NCBI GenBank assembly: GCA_051003195.1
Contig: JBPCLP010000008.1
Location: forward strand, 32,001 to 96,000
DNA: 64,000 bases
Source: Candidatus Sumerlaeaceae bacterium
Lineage (GTDB): Bacteria > Sumerlaeota > Sumerlaeia > Sumerlaeales > Sumerlaeaceae
Direction: 5' to 3'
Each line of letters starts with the position of its first letter. Within the stretch, counting starts at the first letter, position 1. Position numbers and translations under genes: made by a program. The notes beneath the pieces were generated by a model, which was not told the DNA's origin, did no database searches, and saw nothing but the letters and a program-made list of their open reading frames with translations. This document shows, one piece after another, positions 27,746 through 37,683 of the stretch.

Positions 27746-29068
27746 ATGAGCAGCGCTCCCCTTCAATTAACTGGAATTGCGTGCCGGCGTCTGCGCACAC
27801 CCGGGATGCTGCTGGAGAACGTTTTTATCGAATTCGACGGCCCGCGAGTCTCCGTGGTCGGCGACTTCAGTTCTTCCTGGTTGCCGCCGGGTGCCTTCAA
27901 TGCGCGGGATGAAGAGCTGCTCGTGGTGCCGGGATTCGTGGATGTGCATGTGCATGGGGGAGGCGGAATCGATTTCCTGACGGCCGACGAAGCGGGCCTT
28001 GCCACTGTTTCAGCCACGGCGGCGAGCGGCGGCTGCACAACGATGGTCGCAACCACCACCCTCGCCAATGATGACGAGGGGCTCGAGCGTTTCACTGAGT
28101 TTGTCAGGATACTTCGCAACACGTCGCCGCCACGATACCGGCAGGGCCGGGTTGAATCAAGTGCCAGAAAGCCCGCCGCCGGGGCTGCTACAGCGCAGGG
28201 CAGTGCTGCAGCAGTGGCTGAGGCGGTTGCGGAAGACGAAGTGTGTTCATTACCCGGCACGCGCATCATGGGCATTCACCTTGAAGGGCCGTTCCTGAAC
28301 CCGGAACGGCGGGGTGCGTTTACGAACCGGTTTTTACGCCCGGTTGATCTCAAGGTCGCCGAAAAGGTGCTCGAAATCTGTGGTGACCTGCTGCTGAAGG
28401 TCACGCTGGCCCCGGAGCTGCCAGGAGGAGCACAGCTGGTGCAGTTGCTGACGAGTTCCCGAAGCGCGCCTGTGGAGGTGACGCTTGGCCATACCACATG
28501 CGACTACGAGCTTGGCATCAGAATGTTTGGGAATTCCCACGTTCGGCAAATTACCCACGTCTTCAACGCAATGAGCGGGCTACACCACCGCACGCCAAAC
28601 CTGATCACGGCCGCACTACTGGACGATCGCGTCTGCCTCGAAATTATTCCTGATGGCCTGCATGTCGCCCCACCGGTTGTGAAGCTCCTTCACAAAATTG
28701 TCGGCGCAAAGCGGCTGATCGGCACCACCGATGGGGCGAGCGCGGCGGGTACGCCACCAGGCAGCTCGTTTGAAAGCTTTAGCGGCCATGCGGTGGTTGG
28801 ATCCGATTGCGGAGTGCGGCGCACAACGGACCATGTACTGGTAGGAAGCGCGGCTTTAATGAATGACGTGTATGAACGCCTGCAAACGCTCGCTGGCATC
28901 CCGGCAGAAGATGCTTTGCTTATGTGCACGCAGAACCCGGCACAGTCCATCAACCGCTTTCATCAAATTGGCAGTATCGATAAAGCCAAGCGCGCTGACT
29001 TTGCAATTTTACGTGGCACAACCGTCGAGGCGACTGTGCGTGATGGCGTTTTGGTTTATCAAAAATAA
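27746..29068 (+). CDS. nagA: N-acetylglucosamine-6-phosphate deacetylase
   Basis: PGFVDVHVHG, GIHLEGPF, TLAPE, THVFNAM and IPDGLHV motifs. Confidence 0.88.
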   Translation: MSSAPLQLTGIACRRLRTPGMLLENVFIEFDGPRVSVVGDFSSSWLPPGAFNARDEELLVVPGFVDVHVHGGGGIDFLTADEAGLATVSATAASGGCTTMVATTTLANDDEGLERFTEFVRILRNTSPPRYRQGRVESSARKPAAGAATAQGSAAAVAEAVAEDEVCSLPGTRIMGIHLEGPFLNPERRGAFTNRFLRPVDLKVAEKVLEICGDLLLKVTLAPELPGGAQLVQLLTSSRSAPVEVTLGHTTCDYELGIRMFGNSHVRQITHVFNAMSGLHHRTPNLITAALLDDRVCLEIIPDGLHVAPPVVKLLHKIVGAKRLIGTTDGASAAGTPPGSSFESFSGHAVVGSDCGVRRTTDHVLVGSAALMNDVYERLQTLAGIPAEDALLMCTQNPAQSINRFHQIGSIDKAKRADFAILRGTTVEATVRDGVLVYQK

Positions 29069-29918
29069 CAAGCCGTCGCGTGCTTTAGCCGTTGTTGTTT
29101 TATGGTGCCTGGTCGCTGGGTTGTGTGCAGCGACTTACGGTGACTCGTCCACTACGAGAGTCGTTTCGCTTGTGCCTGGGCTTACAGAAACATGTTTCGC
29201 GATAGGCGCGGGACCCCAGGTGGTCGGTGTGAGCGACTACTGCGCATACCCTGCCGAAGCCAGGACTCGTCCGCGCGTGGGCGGACTCAGCAATCCTCGG
29301 CTCGAGCAACTGCTTTTGCTGCGGCCAACGGTCATTCTGCTCTATCGCTCACAGGCTGACTTTGCGCATAAATTGCGCATCTTGAAAATAGATTGCCGGC
29401 TGTTCGCGTTGGATCGACTTTCGGATATCTACGAGGCTGCTGAGCAACTGGGCGGCATTACTGGAAAGCGAGCCGAGGCGCATGTGCTGGTGCGATCGAT
29501 GCGCGAGCAATTTGAAGCGATGCACGCACGTACCAGTGAAACCGCTGCTGTGCGGGCGGTGGTACTAGTCAGCCGGGATCCTGGAGACCTGCGGAATCTG
29601 TTCCAGGCAGGGCCAAAGAACTTTCTTGGTGAACTGATGAACCTTGCGGGCGGTTCTCACGCAATTGCTACAGATGCTGCGATTACAAAGGAACAACTGA
29701 TCCTCGGGAATCCACAGGTCATCATTGACCTGTCGGGCGGTGAAAGCGCATCCACGGCGGAAGCAAAAGAGGCCGCATTGCGCGTATGGGCGCAATTACC
29801 GACAATAGATGCTGTGAAGAACCATCACGTCTACTATCCCGCGGCTGCCCATGCGTTGGTTCCGGGACCGTACCTGGTTGAAGCAGCAAAAGAATTCGAG
29901 CGCATGCTGCACCGCTAG
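29043..29918 (+). CDS. Cobalamin/iron ABC substrate-binding protein (BtuF-like)
   Basis: Signal peptide, RVVSLVPGLTETCFAIG, VVGVSDYCAYP and PGP motif. Confidence 0.85.
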   Translation: MAFWFIKNNKPSRALAVVVLWCLVAGLCAATYGDSSTTRVVSLVPGLTETCFAIGAGPQVVGVSDYCAYPAEARTRPRVGGLSNPRLEQLLLLRPTVILLYRSQADFAHKLRILKIDCRLFALDRLSDIYEAAEQLGGITGKRAEAHVLVRSMREQFEAMHARTSETAAVRAVVLVSRDPGDLRNLFQAGPKNFLGELMNLAGGSHAIATDAAITKEQLILGNPQVIIDLSGGESASTAEAKEAALRVWAQLPTIDAVKNHHVYYPAAAHALVPGPYLVEAAKEFERMLHR

Positions 29919-30010
29919 CGTGGTCCACTGTTAGTTCGTAATCAGTTCTGTGTACCAAATCGAGGTCAAGTCCGCCCTTTGGTCTGGTAAGCAACTACCG
30001 ATTCGGCACA
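29915..30010. repeat. Dispersed intergenic element, copy B
   Basis: Near-identical to 1876-1972. It begins at CTAG, whose TAG is the stop codon of the BtuF-like gene. Confidence 0.85.
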
Positions 30011-30032
30011 CTTGTCACCAGGCGTCAAAGTC

Positions 30033-33000
30033 TCATGCCGAGGCTGCTACGGGCTCCATCTCTTCGATCTCGCGCACAATTTCATGGTGTTCGATTTCAT
30101 CAAGCTTAATGCTGACCACGCGGCTGACGCCCTGCTCTTCCATCGTTACGCCGTAGATCGTGTTGGCGAGATTCATCGTCTGCTTGTTATGCGTGATGAT
30201 AATGAACTGGGTTGTGTCCGCGAACTCGCGCACAAGGTCTTTGAAACGCTCAATGTTTTTGTCGTCGAGCGGTGCGTCGATTTCGTCGAGAATGCAGAAC
30301 GGGCTCGGCTTGCGCATAAAGATCGCAAACAACAGCGCGACTGCGGTGAGTGCCTTCTCACCGCCGGAAAGCAGGGAAATATGCTGCGGCTTCTTGCCGG
30401 GGGGCTGCGCCACGATATCGATCCCACCTTCGAGTACGCCGTTTTCCTCAGTCAGAAGCAGGTCGGCTCTTCCTCCACCAAACAGGCGCCGGTACACCTG
30501 CTCGAAGTTGGCGCGAATTTCAGCAAACGCGGTGGCGAAAAGATCCTTTGTCGTTTCGTCGATCTTCGCAATGGTTTCCGCGAGCAGGTTCTTGGCATCC
30601 AGGAGGTCCTTCTCCTGCGCGGTCAGGAAGTCCAGGCGTGAATTTGCCTCGTTGAACTCGTCAATTGCCCCCACGTGAACGGGGCCCATTCCATCGATTG
30701 TGGCGCGAATCTCCTGGATGCGTGTTGCAATCTCGTCGGGTGTACGAAGACGCGCGAGCGCTACTTCAACGGCGAGATCTGCATTGTGAGCAATGATTTC
30801 TGAGCGGGCCTGCTCATCGCCTGCTGCGGAATCCGATGCTTCATCTGCCAAGGCAGTAATGTCGTGAATGACCGCGACGTCCGCTGTTGCTGCATCCGGG
30901 TTCTCCGGGGTGTTTTCGACAGCGTCCTCTGAAGAGAGGGCAGAGTTCTCGTTTAACTCAGGCTCTGGGAAGAGGACGCGCTGGATTACATCGTCGAGCA
31001 CCAGCCCAAATTTTTCCTGCGCCTGCACGTTGATGTTGTCGAGCTGCAGGGTGTACTCTGTGCGCTTCAATTCCACTTCGTGCAACTCGTTCTGCGCCTC
31101 GTTGTAATCGCGCTGAAGCACCTGCGCGTGCTCGCTGAGTTTACGCAGGTCCAGATGGACGTTTTCCTTGCGCTGGTTCTCCTGCGTAAGCTGCGCCGAA
31201 AGGCTTTGCTGGTCTACCTGCAACTTCGCAAGCTGCTCGTGCAACTGCGACAGCTCGCCTGCGCACTCCGATTGTGTCACATCCATGCGCTCAATTTCGG
31301 CGCGCTTGTCAGCCTGCGCCTGCACCAGGCGCTGGCCCTCGCGTTCACCGCTCGCAATGCGCTCGCGAAGGTTCTTTAAGCGCTCCGTACCGGTCGAGAT
31401 TGCGATCATCAGCTCGTTAACAAGTCGACCAGCCTCAGCCACTTCATGTTGTTTTGCTGTCGCAGTTTCCTCAATGCCCTGGAGCTGTTCCTCAAGAGCA
31501 GCTGCATTGGCGGCCAATTGCTCCAGCAGACCTGAACCCTCATCCTGCGTGTTTCGGTGTTGCTCAACCTGCTGCTGCATTCCGGCACGGCGCGTTTCAA
31601 GCCGTTCCAGCTGCTGTGCTTTCTCGGAGGCGCGGTGGTCCACCACCTCGAAGTCCTTACGCAGGCGGGCTGCCTCAATTTCCTGCTGATGAGCTTCGCG
31701 CGACAGGCGTTCCGTGCTGTCACGCAATTCGCCAAGGCTTCCCTTAAGGTGCGAAACGCGTTGCTCGGTCTCCTGCTCGCGGCTGCGCAGGTGCACGAGA
31801 CGATCCGCCAGTTCTTTCACTTCGCGTGTGCGGTTGAGAAGACCCGTTGCCTTAACACTTCCGCCCGTCATGGCTCCGTGTGCAGATACCATCTCTCCAT
31901 CGAGCGTAACAAACTTCGTGCGGATACCCCGCCGCTCCAGAGCGACCGCGACATCCAGGTTCTCAACCACAACGACGTTCCCCAGCAGGTACTGGACAAC
32001 CTTTTGGATGCGAGTATCGTATTTCACGAGATCGGTTGCAAACCCGACAACGCCCGGCTCGGCAACCACCTGCCGCAGATTATAATTATTTTCGCGGCCT
32101 TCGATTAGATCAAGCGGCAGAAAAGTCGCGCGCCCGACACGTGACTCCTTCAGCCAGCGGATGGCCGCTTTGCCCATGTCGGAATTATCCACAACGATGT
32201 CCTGCGCCTGACTTCCCAGGGCGACCTCGATTGCGAGCTCGTGCTCACGCTGCGCTTCCAGCAGTGTGGATACCACACCCACCAGTCCGTGCAGCTCACC
32301 GCGCTTGCCGGCAGACATGACTTCCTTCACACCGCGGTAATAGCCCTCAAAGTTTGCCTGTAAGTCGGCCAACGCTTCGTGCCGGCTCTGGCACTCATGC
32401 GCGGCGCGGCGAGCCTGCTCGAGTTCCATGCTGAGATTGTAGTGCTCAAGGTCGCGCGTTTTGAATTCATCGCGCGCGGCCGCCGCTGCCTCACGAAGAC
32501 GTTCCCGCTGGATTTCGGACTGCTCCGCAGCGCCACGCTTGTCGTCGCATTCGACTTTGAGCAATTCGATCTGTTCGCGCAACATTCCGAGCTCGCTGTC
32601 GCTCTGTTCGATCTCATGGATCAGCTTTTCTTCCATTACATGAGCGACGCGCACTTCGTTTTCTTTCTCCAGCCGTGCGCGTGTTGCAGTGCTGATTTCC
32701 TGTCGAAGGCGCACCATGTCAGAACTTGCGGCGTCGCTGTCGCCCTTAAGCGTCTCGTAATCCGATTTGCGCTGCGCGTGTTCGGCCAGCAGCCGCTCAA
32801 GTTCGGCTTCTTTTTCCTGGGTTTCGGCAGCGAACTGTGCCGTTGCTTCCTGCAGCTGTTTTGCGTTTTCATCCAGCTCGCGAATCTGTGAGTCGAGCTG
32901 CTCGCGCCGTTCGGCGCTGTTGGCCTGCCGCTGTTCCAAAAGTGCGATGCGTCCCTGGACTTCCTGCAGATCGCGGTTAAGCTCGTAATTCAGTGCCTGT

Positions 33001-33860
33001 GTCTCTTCGACCGCCTGTTGCAGTTCGTCAGCCTGTGTGCGATACGATAACTGTTCCTCGTCGATCCGCGAAAGCTCATTGCGGAAATTCTGTACGCGCT
33101 CAAACAGCTCCTGGTAATGCGCTTCGCTGGATGCGCTGCTCTCGCGAAATGCATAGTAACGCCGGACGAGCAGTTCCATCTCAAGTTGCTTAAGTTCCTG
33201 GGAGAGCTGCTTGTATCGCTCGGCTTTGTTGGCCTGCCGCTTGAGGCTGTTGCACTGGCGCCGTACTTCGTTTATCAAATCCGCCAGGCGCAGTAAGTCG
33301 TCATCCGTGCGGTTCAGCTTGTGCAGCGCCTCGTCTTTGCGCGCCTTGTACTTTGAGATGCCTGCGGCTTCGTCAAAAATGGCGCGCCGCTCTAATGGCT
33401 TGGAGTTGATGATCGCGTCGACTTTGCCCTGCTCCAACACCGAATAGCTGTCGGTGCCGATACCGGTATCCATGAGATTGGTCGTTATATCTTTTAGCCG
33501 GCACTGAGTCTTGTTGAGCGAATACTCGCTTTCGCCAGTCCGGAACAGCCGCCTTGCGATTTCGACATCGTCAAAATCAAGCGGGAGGAATCGGCCCTCG
33601 TTGTTTAAGGTAAGGCTGACACGCGACATGCCCATGGCCTTCTGGCCCCCTGAGCCATTGAAGATTACATCTCCCATGCGACTGCCACGCAAACTCTTTG
33701 CACTCTGCTCGCCCAATACCCATCGTATAGCGTCGAAAACATTAGACTTACCACATCCGTTAGGGCCAACAATGACCGTCACACCGGGATGAAAATCGAT
33801 GGTGGTCTTATTGGCAAAGCTCTTAAAGCCGTGGATCTCCATCCGCTTGAAAAACTGCAT
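30033..33860 (-). CDS. smc: Chromosome segregation protein SMC
   Basis: GFKSF, GPNGCGKSN, FDEAAGI, hinge GRATFLPL, LSGGEKAL, LDEIDAPLD and long coiled coils. Confidence 0.98.
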   Translation of the reverse strand: MQFFKRMEIHGFKSFANKTTIDFHPGVTVIVGPNGCGKSNVFDAIRWVLGEQSAKSLRGSRMGDVIFNGSGGQKAMGMSRVSLTLNNEGRFLPLDFDDVEIARRLFRTGESEYSLNKTQCRLKDITTNLMDTGIGTDSYSVLEQGKVDAIINSKPLERRAIFDEAAGISKYKARKDEALHKLNRTDDDLLRLADLINEVRRQCNSLKRQANKAERYKQLSQELKQLEMELLVRRYYAFRESSASSEAHYQELFERVQNFRNELSRIDEEQLSYRTQADELQQAVEETQALNYELNRDLQEVQGRIALLEQRQANSAERREQLDSQIRELDENAKQLQEATAQFAAETQEKEAELERLLAEHAQRKSDYETLKGDSDAASSDMVRLRQEISTATRARLEKENEVRVAHVMEEKLIHEIEQSDSELGMLREQIELLKVECDDKRGAAEQSEIQRERLREAAAAARDEFKTRDLEHYNLSMELEQARRAAHECQSRHEALADLQANFEGYYRGVKEVMSAGKRGELHGLVGVVSTLLEAQREHELAIEVALGSQAQDIVVDNSDMGKAAIRWLKESRVGRATFLPLDLIEGRENNYNLRQVVAEPGVVGFATDLVKYDTRIQKVVQYLLGNVVVVENLDVAVALERRGIRTKFVTLDGEMVSAHGAMTGGSVKATGLLNRTREVKELADRLVHLRSREQETEQRVSHLKGSLGELRDSTERLSREAHQQEIEAARLRKDFEVVDHRASEKAQQLERLETRRAGMQQQVEQHRNTQDEGSGLLEQLAANAAALEEQLQGIEETATAKQHEVAEAGRLVNELMIAISTGTERLKNLRERIASGEREGQRLVQAQADKRAEIERMDVTQSECAGELSQLHEQLAKLQVDQQSLSAQLTQENQRKENVHLDLRKLSEHAQVLQRDYNEAQNELHEVELKRTEYTLQLDNINVQAQEKFGLVLDDVIQRVLFPEPELNENSALSSEDAVENTPENPDAATADVAVIHDITALADEASDSAAGDEQARSEIIAHNADLAVEVALARLRTPDEIATRIQEIRATIDGMGPVHVGAIDEFNEANSRLDFLTAQEKDLLDAKNLLAETIAKIDETTKDLFATAFAEIRANFEQVYRRLFGGGRADLLLTEENGVLEGGIDIVAQPPGKKPQHISLLSGGEKALTAVALLFAIFMRKPSPFCILDEIDAPLDDKNIERFKDLVREFADTTQFIIITHNKQTMNLANTIYGVTMEEQGVSRVVSIKLDEIEHHEIVREIEEMEPVAASA

Positions 33861-33934
33861 TAATTTTCCTCTTGGGGTATGGTAAGCTGAGAGAAATCAG
33901 CAAAAATGAAGGGGCGCGCCTGCGCGCGGCAGCT

Positions 33935-33943
33935 TGTGGATAA
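33935..33943. promoter_or_regulatory. DnaA box upstream of smc
   Basis: Perfect TGTGGATAA about 75 bp upstream of the smc ATG. Confidence 0.45.
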
Positions 33944-34014
33944 CTCCCCTTCAGATGATACAAACGCGTACTGTTGCGATTCGAAATCCAATTGCAACAC
34001 TTTTTATGCGACTG

Positions 34015-34032
34015 AGTACAATATATTGTACT
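34015..34032. promoter_or_regulatory. Perfect 18-bp palindrome, NrdR-box-like, upstream of smc
   Basis: AGTACAATATATTGTACT, with a weaker similar site GGCCATATATGTGT at 34048-34061 (31-bp offset). Confidence 0.55.
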
Positions 34033-34082
34033 TCACGCAACGCCTGTGGCCATATATGTGTAAGGTATTTGAATTCCGTACT

Positions 34083-34496
34083 CTATGTTGTACCTTGGGT
34101 CCGCCGCCTTTTCTCGGCTGCCCTATGCAAAAGCTTCGCATTTTTGAGATTGGCTTTTGAGGCAATGTCAAAGATGTCGCCGACCAGTGGAATCAAGCCT
34201 ATGAGCCAGTCGACACCGACGTTCACGCCCATCCGGAACACCAGCGCACGGCCGAATCCGTGACGTTTGGCGACGTACATGGGGTAAACCGACGGCAATA
34301 GCGCCAGTGTGTCGCCGACGACAGGGATAAGGCCGGCAATTGCATCCGCGCCAAAGCGAATCCCAAACAGTGAGAATTGACTGTCCATCAACTGCGCGAG
34401 TGTCTGCACGCGCTTCAAGTCGGCATCCAGGTCCGTTCTTGTGCGCTCGATCGGCACCGCCTCGAGTACTTCTACTTCAGGTTCAAGTTCAGCCAC
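34083..34496 (-). CDS. DUF4112 family membrane protein
   Basis: LMDSQF...RFGADAIAGLIPVVGD...GLIPLVGDIFD...KANLKN. Confidence 0.9.
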   Translation of the reverse strand: MAELEPEVEVLEAVPIERTRTDLDADLKRVQTLAQLMDSQFSLFGIRFGADAIAGLIPVVGDTLALLPSVYPMYVAKRHGFGRALVFRMGVNVGVDWLIGLIPLVGDIFDIASKANLKNAKLLHRAAEKRRRTQGTT

Positions 34497-34611
34497 GCAG
34501 CGCCTCCGCTCGTTTACATCTGGCAGCGCATTTGATGCGCCGAGCTGAAGCGCGACAGTGAAGAGTTTGGACTTGCGAGTAAATCACGCACACCAAAGCT
34601 TCGCGTTACTT

Positions 34612-35718
34612 ATGAATTTTGGACGCGATTACGATCGTACCGAGCTTCGTCGGCACTGTGGGTCAACCGGGCAGATCGCCCGGATCACAAGCAGCGAACT
34701 GAACGACGGCCGGGAACAGGGGGTACGCTGCCTCGATTTTCGAACCGGCTCCGGATTCAATTTCACGGTACTGCCCGGCCGTGGAATGGATATCGCCTTT
34801 GCGGAATTCCGGGGCCGAAACCTTGCATGGATGTCTCCGACCTCGATTGTCGCGCCGGAGTACTACGAACCCCAGGGCTGGAACTGGATTCGGGGATTCT
34901 TTGGGGGTCTTCTGACCACTTGCGGATTGGTGAATGTCGGAGTGCCCGACACGCACCGCAACGAGCCTATCGGCGCCCACGGGCGTGTCAGCAACACGCC
35001 GGCGTCTAATGTAAGTTATGATACCTTCTGGGTAGAGAACGAGTTGCACCTGGTTGCCCGTGGAGAGATGCGGGAAGTGCGGCCGCCGCATACCAACCTG
35101 CTGCTGCGGCGCACGGTGCATGCGATTGCTGGAGAGCGCCGGCTGGAGATCCGGGATCGCGTGATCAATGACGGGCCGGAAAAGACGCCGCATCAGATAC
35201 TCTATCACATCAACGCCGGGTTTCCGGTGGTAAGCGCAATTTCGCATTTTGTTGCCGGCACGCGGAACGTTACTCCGCGCGACGATGCCGCCGCCGATGC
35301 TAAAGAACTCTTTCGACTGTGCCAGGGACCGACACTCGGCTATACAGAAAAAGTGTATTACCATCAGCTGGTTTGCGGCACGGACGGGCGTTGTTCCGCC
35401 GCGGTAATAAATCCGGAGCTCGATGGCGGACTGGGATTATACGTGAAATATGATCCTCGCACTCTGCCGACACTCGTTCAGTGGAAAATGATGGGCGAAG
35501 GAATGTATGTACTGGGCCTGGAACCGGCGAATACGTACGGTATCGGCAGCGAACGCCTTCGCGCACTGGGTTTGCTCAAGACGCTGGAACCGGAAGAGCA
35601 GGTTGAGTACACCGTCGAAATCGGCGTGCTCAGCGGCAGCGAAGAAATCGAGGCGTTTGAAAAGGCTGCGCTCCGCGACGCTCCCACCGAGCCGGAGTAC
35701 GCATCCATTCTCGTTTAA
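34612..35718 (+). CDS. Aldose 1-epimerase-like protein (DUF4432 family)
   Basis: GRGMDI, FFGGLLTTCGL, HGRVSNTPA, LYHINAGFP and YVLGLEP motifs. Confidence 0.85.
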   Translation: MNFGRDYDRTELRRHCGSTGQIARITSSELNDGREQGVRCLDFRTGSGFNFTVLPGRGMDIAFAEFRGRNLAWMSPTSIVAPEYYEPQGWNWIRGFFGGLLTTCGLVNVGVPDTHRNEPIGAHGRVSNTPASNVSYDTFWVENELHLVARGEMREVRPPHTNLLLRRTVHAIAGERRLEIRDRVINDGPEKTPHQILYHINAGFPVVSAISHFVAGTRNVTPRDDAAADAKELFRLCQGPTLGYTEKVYYHQLVCGTDGRCSAAVINPELDGGLGLYVKYDPRTLPTLVQWKMMGEGMYVLGLEPANTYGIGSERLRALGLLKTLEPEEQVEYTVEIGVLSGSEEIEAFEKAALRDAPTEPEYASILV

Positions 35719-35731
35719 GGGCTGACCCAGA

Positions 35732-35785
35732 TATGCCGAATCGACGGGACGTTTGCCTTTTGGTCTGGTACGAAACTACGGATTC
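35732..35785. repeat. Dispersed intergenic element, partial degenerate copy C
   Basis: Gap-free alignment to the 3' half of copies A/B (TGCCGAATCGA...TTTGGTCTGGTA..AACTAC.GATTC); lies between convergent genes. Confidence 0.7.
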
Positions 35786-35788
35786 ACC

Positions 35789-36358
35789 CTAGGGTTTCCG
35801 CGTGATCTCCTTGAGCAGACGCTGCATGAATTCTTTTTCGCCCGCGGCAAGATTGACCAGCCGACCGCCTGCGTCGATGAAGCCAATCGCAATTCTCACC
35901 ATAATTCCCAGCAGAACGAACATCAACAGCAGTGCTGCGGGACGGGCTCCAAGCGATCCCATCCGTTTCGCGAAGTCTGCCGCGACTTCGATTTCGCGCG
36001 GACTGCGGCTATCCTGCCCCGGTGTGAGGATTTCCGATTCGGAATCCTGCCGGCTATCTGCGGATGTCGCCGCGCTACGTTTTAACTTTTCGGCTTCACC
36101 GCGCTCAATTGGGCGTACGGGTATGTCGTTTGCCCTGCCACGGATCACGAATTCCCAGCGGTTCACCTGCTCGACAAGCGGCCGCGGATCGAGCAGAACG
36201 CGCGCGATCTGGTAGAACATATACCCCGACATCAGCACGCCGACACCGATAAGAATGAGTCCAATCGAGGCAGCTGTCATACGAAAGCTGGTGCCTGGAT
36301 CGGGTTCGGGTGCCCGGTGCAGAATCACTTCTTCATGTGGCGAACTGTTCAGCGGCAT
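35789..36358 (-). CDS. Hypothetical two-TM membrane protein
   Basis: 189 aa with two hydrophobic helices; downstream of the MacB-type permease. Confidence 0.7.
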   Translation of the reverse strand: MPLNSSPHEEVILHRAPEPDPGTSFRMTAASIGLILIGVGVLMSGYMFYQIARVLLDPRPLVEQVNRWEFVIRGRANDIPVRPIERGEAEKLKRSAATSADSRQDSESEILTPGQDSRSPREIEVAADFAKRMGSLGARPAALLLMFVLLGIMVRIAIGFIDAGGRLVNLAAGEKEFMQRLLKEITRKP

Positions 36359-36408
36359 GAACCTGCATACAAAGTCGGATGTGAATCGTGCATTTTAACA
36401 GCGCATAC

Positions 36409-37683
36409 TCAGGTGTGCCGCAGGGCTTCGATAGGATCCAGCCGCGAAGCTTTTATGGCGGGAAGCATACCGAAGATCAGCCCGGTACCTGCTGCGAATC
36501 CAAAAGCGAGGAAGACCGCCCAGCCCGGGACGGTTGCTTTATCGAGGCGCGCACCAGGAATCGATGCGACCAACGCGGCAAGTGCCTGCCCACCGAGCAC
36601 ACCGATGAACCCTCCCAAAAGACAGAGGGTGATCGCCTCCACCAGGAACTGAAGGAGAATGGCCGATGAGCGCGCTCCTACTGCCTTGCGCAGGCCTATC
36701 TCTCGTGTGCGTTCCGAGACGGACACCAGCATGATGTTCATGATGCCAACGCCGCCGACGATGAGCGAAATACCTACGATGCCGACTGCAACCAGTGTAA
36801 TCGTCACGGCTGTCTGGTTAAACTGCTCCAGGAATTTCTGGATCGCTTCCAGGCGGAACGGCTCAGGCTCGCCGGGTTTAATGCGCCTTTCGTTGCGCAG
36901 GTAAAAGCGTATCTCCGCGCGCGCTTCCTCAGAGAGCTCGGGCGACCGCGATGCAGCCACCACGGACATGTTCCAGCTATTTTGGCGCCAGGCCGTGTTG
37001 AAGGGAATAAAAATTTCGAGACCCGCCTGGTCTCCTCCGAAAAGCGACATCTGCTGGGGCGGTTCAACCACGCCGACGACCGTGTATCGCCGATCACCGA
37101 TGAGAATGGATTCGCCAACGCAATCCTGCGGCAACGCGAGTTTCTGCTGTGCCTGCGGGTTGATCAGGCACACCGCCCGACCCTGTGTGTTGTCAATAAC
37201 ACTGAAAGGGCGTCCAAGCTTTACCGATCGATTCTCTATCGAATGCCAGGCTGGTTCGATCCCCTGTATGCCAACTGACTCCTCAGACTTATCCAGATGC
37301 CGGACTCTCTGGTTGTTCCACGTCGTTCGCGAGAACGCCCGCACGGAGGGACAGTGACTCAACATGTTGTCGAAATTGCGCGGCTTGAACTGGAGCTGAC
37401 GCCAGCTCGCATTTTTATAAGGCCCTGTCTCCGGGCGGTCGGGCCAGATAAAGATTTTGTTCGTGCCGACCGTCTCAAAATCCGCGAGCACTTTTTGCTT
37501 CAACCCGGTCAGCGCTGCAATCACACCGGTAACGGAGGCAACGCCGATGATGATCCCGAGCATGGTGAGTATGCTGCGTAGTTTGTTCGTCCAGATTTGC
37601 CCCAGGGCCAGCGCCACGCTCTGGTAAAGCAGCACAACCACGGCGAGCGGACCTCGCGTAAGCCAGTCCAGCACGTGCGTCAT
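36409..37683 (-). CDS. MacB/FtsX-family ABC permease
   Basis: [47 protein letters not shown] and [15 protein letters not shown] motifs. Confidence 0.95.
   Translation of the reverse strand: MTHVLDWLTRGPLAVVVLLYQSVALALGQIWTNKLRSILTMLGIIIGVASVTGVIAALTGLKQKVLADFETVGTNKIFIWPDRPETGPYKNASWRQLQFKPRNFDNMLSHCPSVRAFSRTTWNNQRVRHLDKSEESVGIQGIEPAWHSIENRSVKLGRPFSVIDNTQGRAVCLINPQAQQKLALPQDCVGESILIGDRRYTVVGVVEPPQQMSLFGGDQAGLEIFIPFNTAWRQNSWNMSVVAASRSPELSEEARAEIRFYLRNERRIKPGEPEPFRLEAIQKFLEQFNQTAVTITLVAVGIVGISLIVGGVGIMNIMLVSVSERTREIGLRKAVGARSSAILLQFLVEAITLCLLGGFIGVLGGQALAALVASIPGARLDKATVPGWAVFLAFGFAAGTGLIFGMLPAIKASRLDPIEALRHT

Noticed and set aside
33861..34082. Replication origin
   Set aside because: Only one perfect DnaA box, with no box cluster or dnaA/dnaN context.
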